A stretch of DNA of 64,000 nucleotides from the human T2T-CHM13v2.0 reference genome, Homo sapiens, in assembly GCF_009914755.1 (NCBI RefSeq), contig NC_060929.1; one strand, given 5' to 3'. Shown in pieces: positions 62,667-64,000 of the stretch. The notes under the pieces were generated by a model. That model had not been told where the DNA came from. It saw nothing but the letters and a program-made list of their open reading frames with translations, and searched no databases. Every line of letters starts with the position of its first letter. Positions within the stretch are counted from its first letter, which is position 1. The translations under genes were made by a program, and so were the position numbers.

Positions 62667-64000
62667 GTAATTTTGTAATTATTTTACTTTTGCTCAAAGT
62701 TAATAGTTTTGAAAACTATTACTGTGTATTTATATATGTTGCTAACTTTCATAATTATATAAGTAAATAAATTATATTGAAATTTGCAATAATCATGCAG
62801 TTACAAAGTTGTTATATGCTAATAGCTTTTTAATTTTTTAAATATTACATTTAACTTGTAAAATTTAGTCATTCTGAAGTTTGCATTAAACAGAAAAGTT
62901 TTATATTTTTTATTTTAATGTATAAAGCACAGATGTATCTATAACATATAAACAAGAGCACAACATATCTTGGGTATAAAAATGTCAAGGAAGGAATGAA
63001 CAATTACAATGTAAAGTTTCTAACAAGTTTCCTTGGGGGGAAATAATGGAAAAAAGTTTGAAGAGTTAATTTAAACAATTGCATTATTTCAAAGAAATTA
63101 AAAGAAAAAATAGTTTATTTATATGAATCTCTATATATTTACTATTTCTGATACCTTTGTGCATATAGCTTCCCCTGCTCTTACGAGTCAGGTAGTATTT
63201 TACTACTTTCTGTTTTCCAAATTTTGTTAAAATATTATGTTTAGTGGGATCTCCTCTATTTTCCTTGTCCTTCGGGTTTATAGCATTTTATTTCTTTTCT
63301 CTTGTATTGAAAGAGTAATGAAATAAGCCCACATGGCTAATTACAACGTTCAATAGAAATTCATTTAGCCTTTTAAATGGGAATAAATTTAATATCCTAA
63401 CTGTGTTCATTTAACCAGAAACTTTCCCTATCCCCTCTTCCATTTTAAACTTAAATATGCTTAAATTCTCTGGAATTTCTATTGTAAATAAAACCTTCCA
63501 ATTTGTTTTGATCACAGATCTAAATTATGTAATTTATGTTATTGTGAGGGATAAATTTGTACTCAGCCTGGAGCTGAACTTACTTCAGATACCACTGTAA
63601 TAAACAAAAGCTTGGTTTCTATGGTTTCTCCTATAACTAACATTTAGAGATTAACAGGTATTGTTACCACACTGGGCACTGGGGCGATATATGTCAGGGG
63701 AGGCAGGAAACAAAGAAAGCACCAGATAATTAGAGAAAAAAAACTGTGATGATTTCGTTATTCTCCAAGGACTAGATGGTTGAATAAATCTGTACTTGAA
63801 TAAAAATGCTTTTTCTGCTCTTCTCTCTGGAGTAATTTAAGAGAAAACCAATGAGGAACAACAATTACACAATAGGCTGGGTGTCTGGGCAATCTCAGGT
63901 CCCAGGGTACCAAGCAAAACTCTCAAGCTGGCTTGGACATGGTACCTTCATAGCCCTACTCCACAGTAAAGGATAAATTGAAATACCTTTTCTTGTCATC

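Noticed and set aside
54100-64000. A second gene upstream of C6 exon 1
   Set aside because: Only short, non-homologous ORFs and old repeats; no CpG island or spliceable coding exons seen. A more distal alternative C6 first exon outside the window cannot be assessed.

Overview
Primate (almost certainly human) genomic DNA carrying the 5' part of the complement component C6 gene on the minus strand. A non-coding exon 1 (~53851-54007) with a hepatocyte-type promoter is followed by coding exons 2-11. Their GT-AG boundaries splice into one open frame of 1684 nt (signal peptide, TSP1, TSP1, LDLRA, MACPF, EGF). The remaining exons lie beyond base 1. Introns and the upstream flank are rich in repeats: a full-length L1PA with target-site duplication in intron 1, a nested L1MB/L1MA/Alu, a full-length Hsmar2 mariner fossil, an MSTA-like solo LTR, MER63, Tigger4, MER58, MER91, eight Alus, MIR/L2, and a tailless 7SK retropseudogene. 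No prokaryotic-type or wholly new gene system is supported. The best second-look items are: (1) an L1 antisense promoter aimed at the ATG-containing C6 exon 2, with intact donors and a dead ORF0 start; (2) a duplicate strong 5' splice site 22 nt after exon 10; (3) a candidate HNF1/C-EBP/FOXA intronic enhancer; (4) three templated-inversion DNA-repair scars; (5) a 21-bp direct repeat bracketing exon 11. Repeat family names come from recalled consensus sequences and need RepeatMasker/Dfam confirmation.
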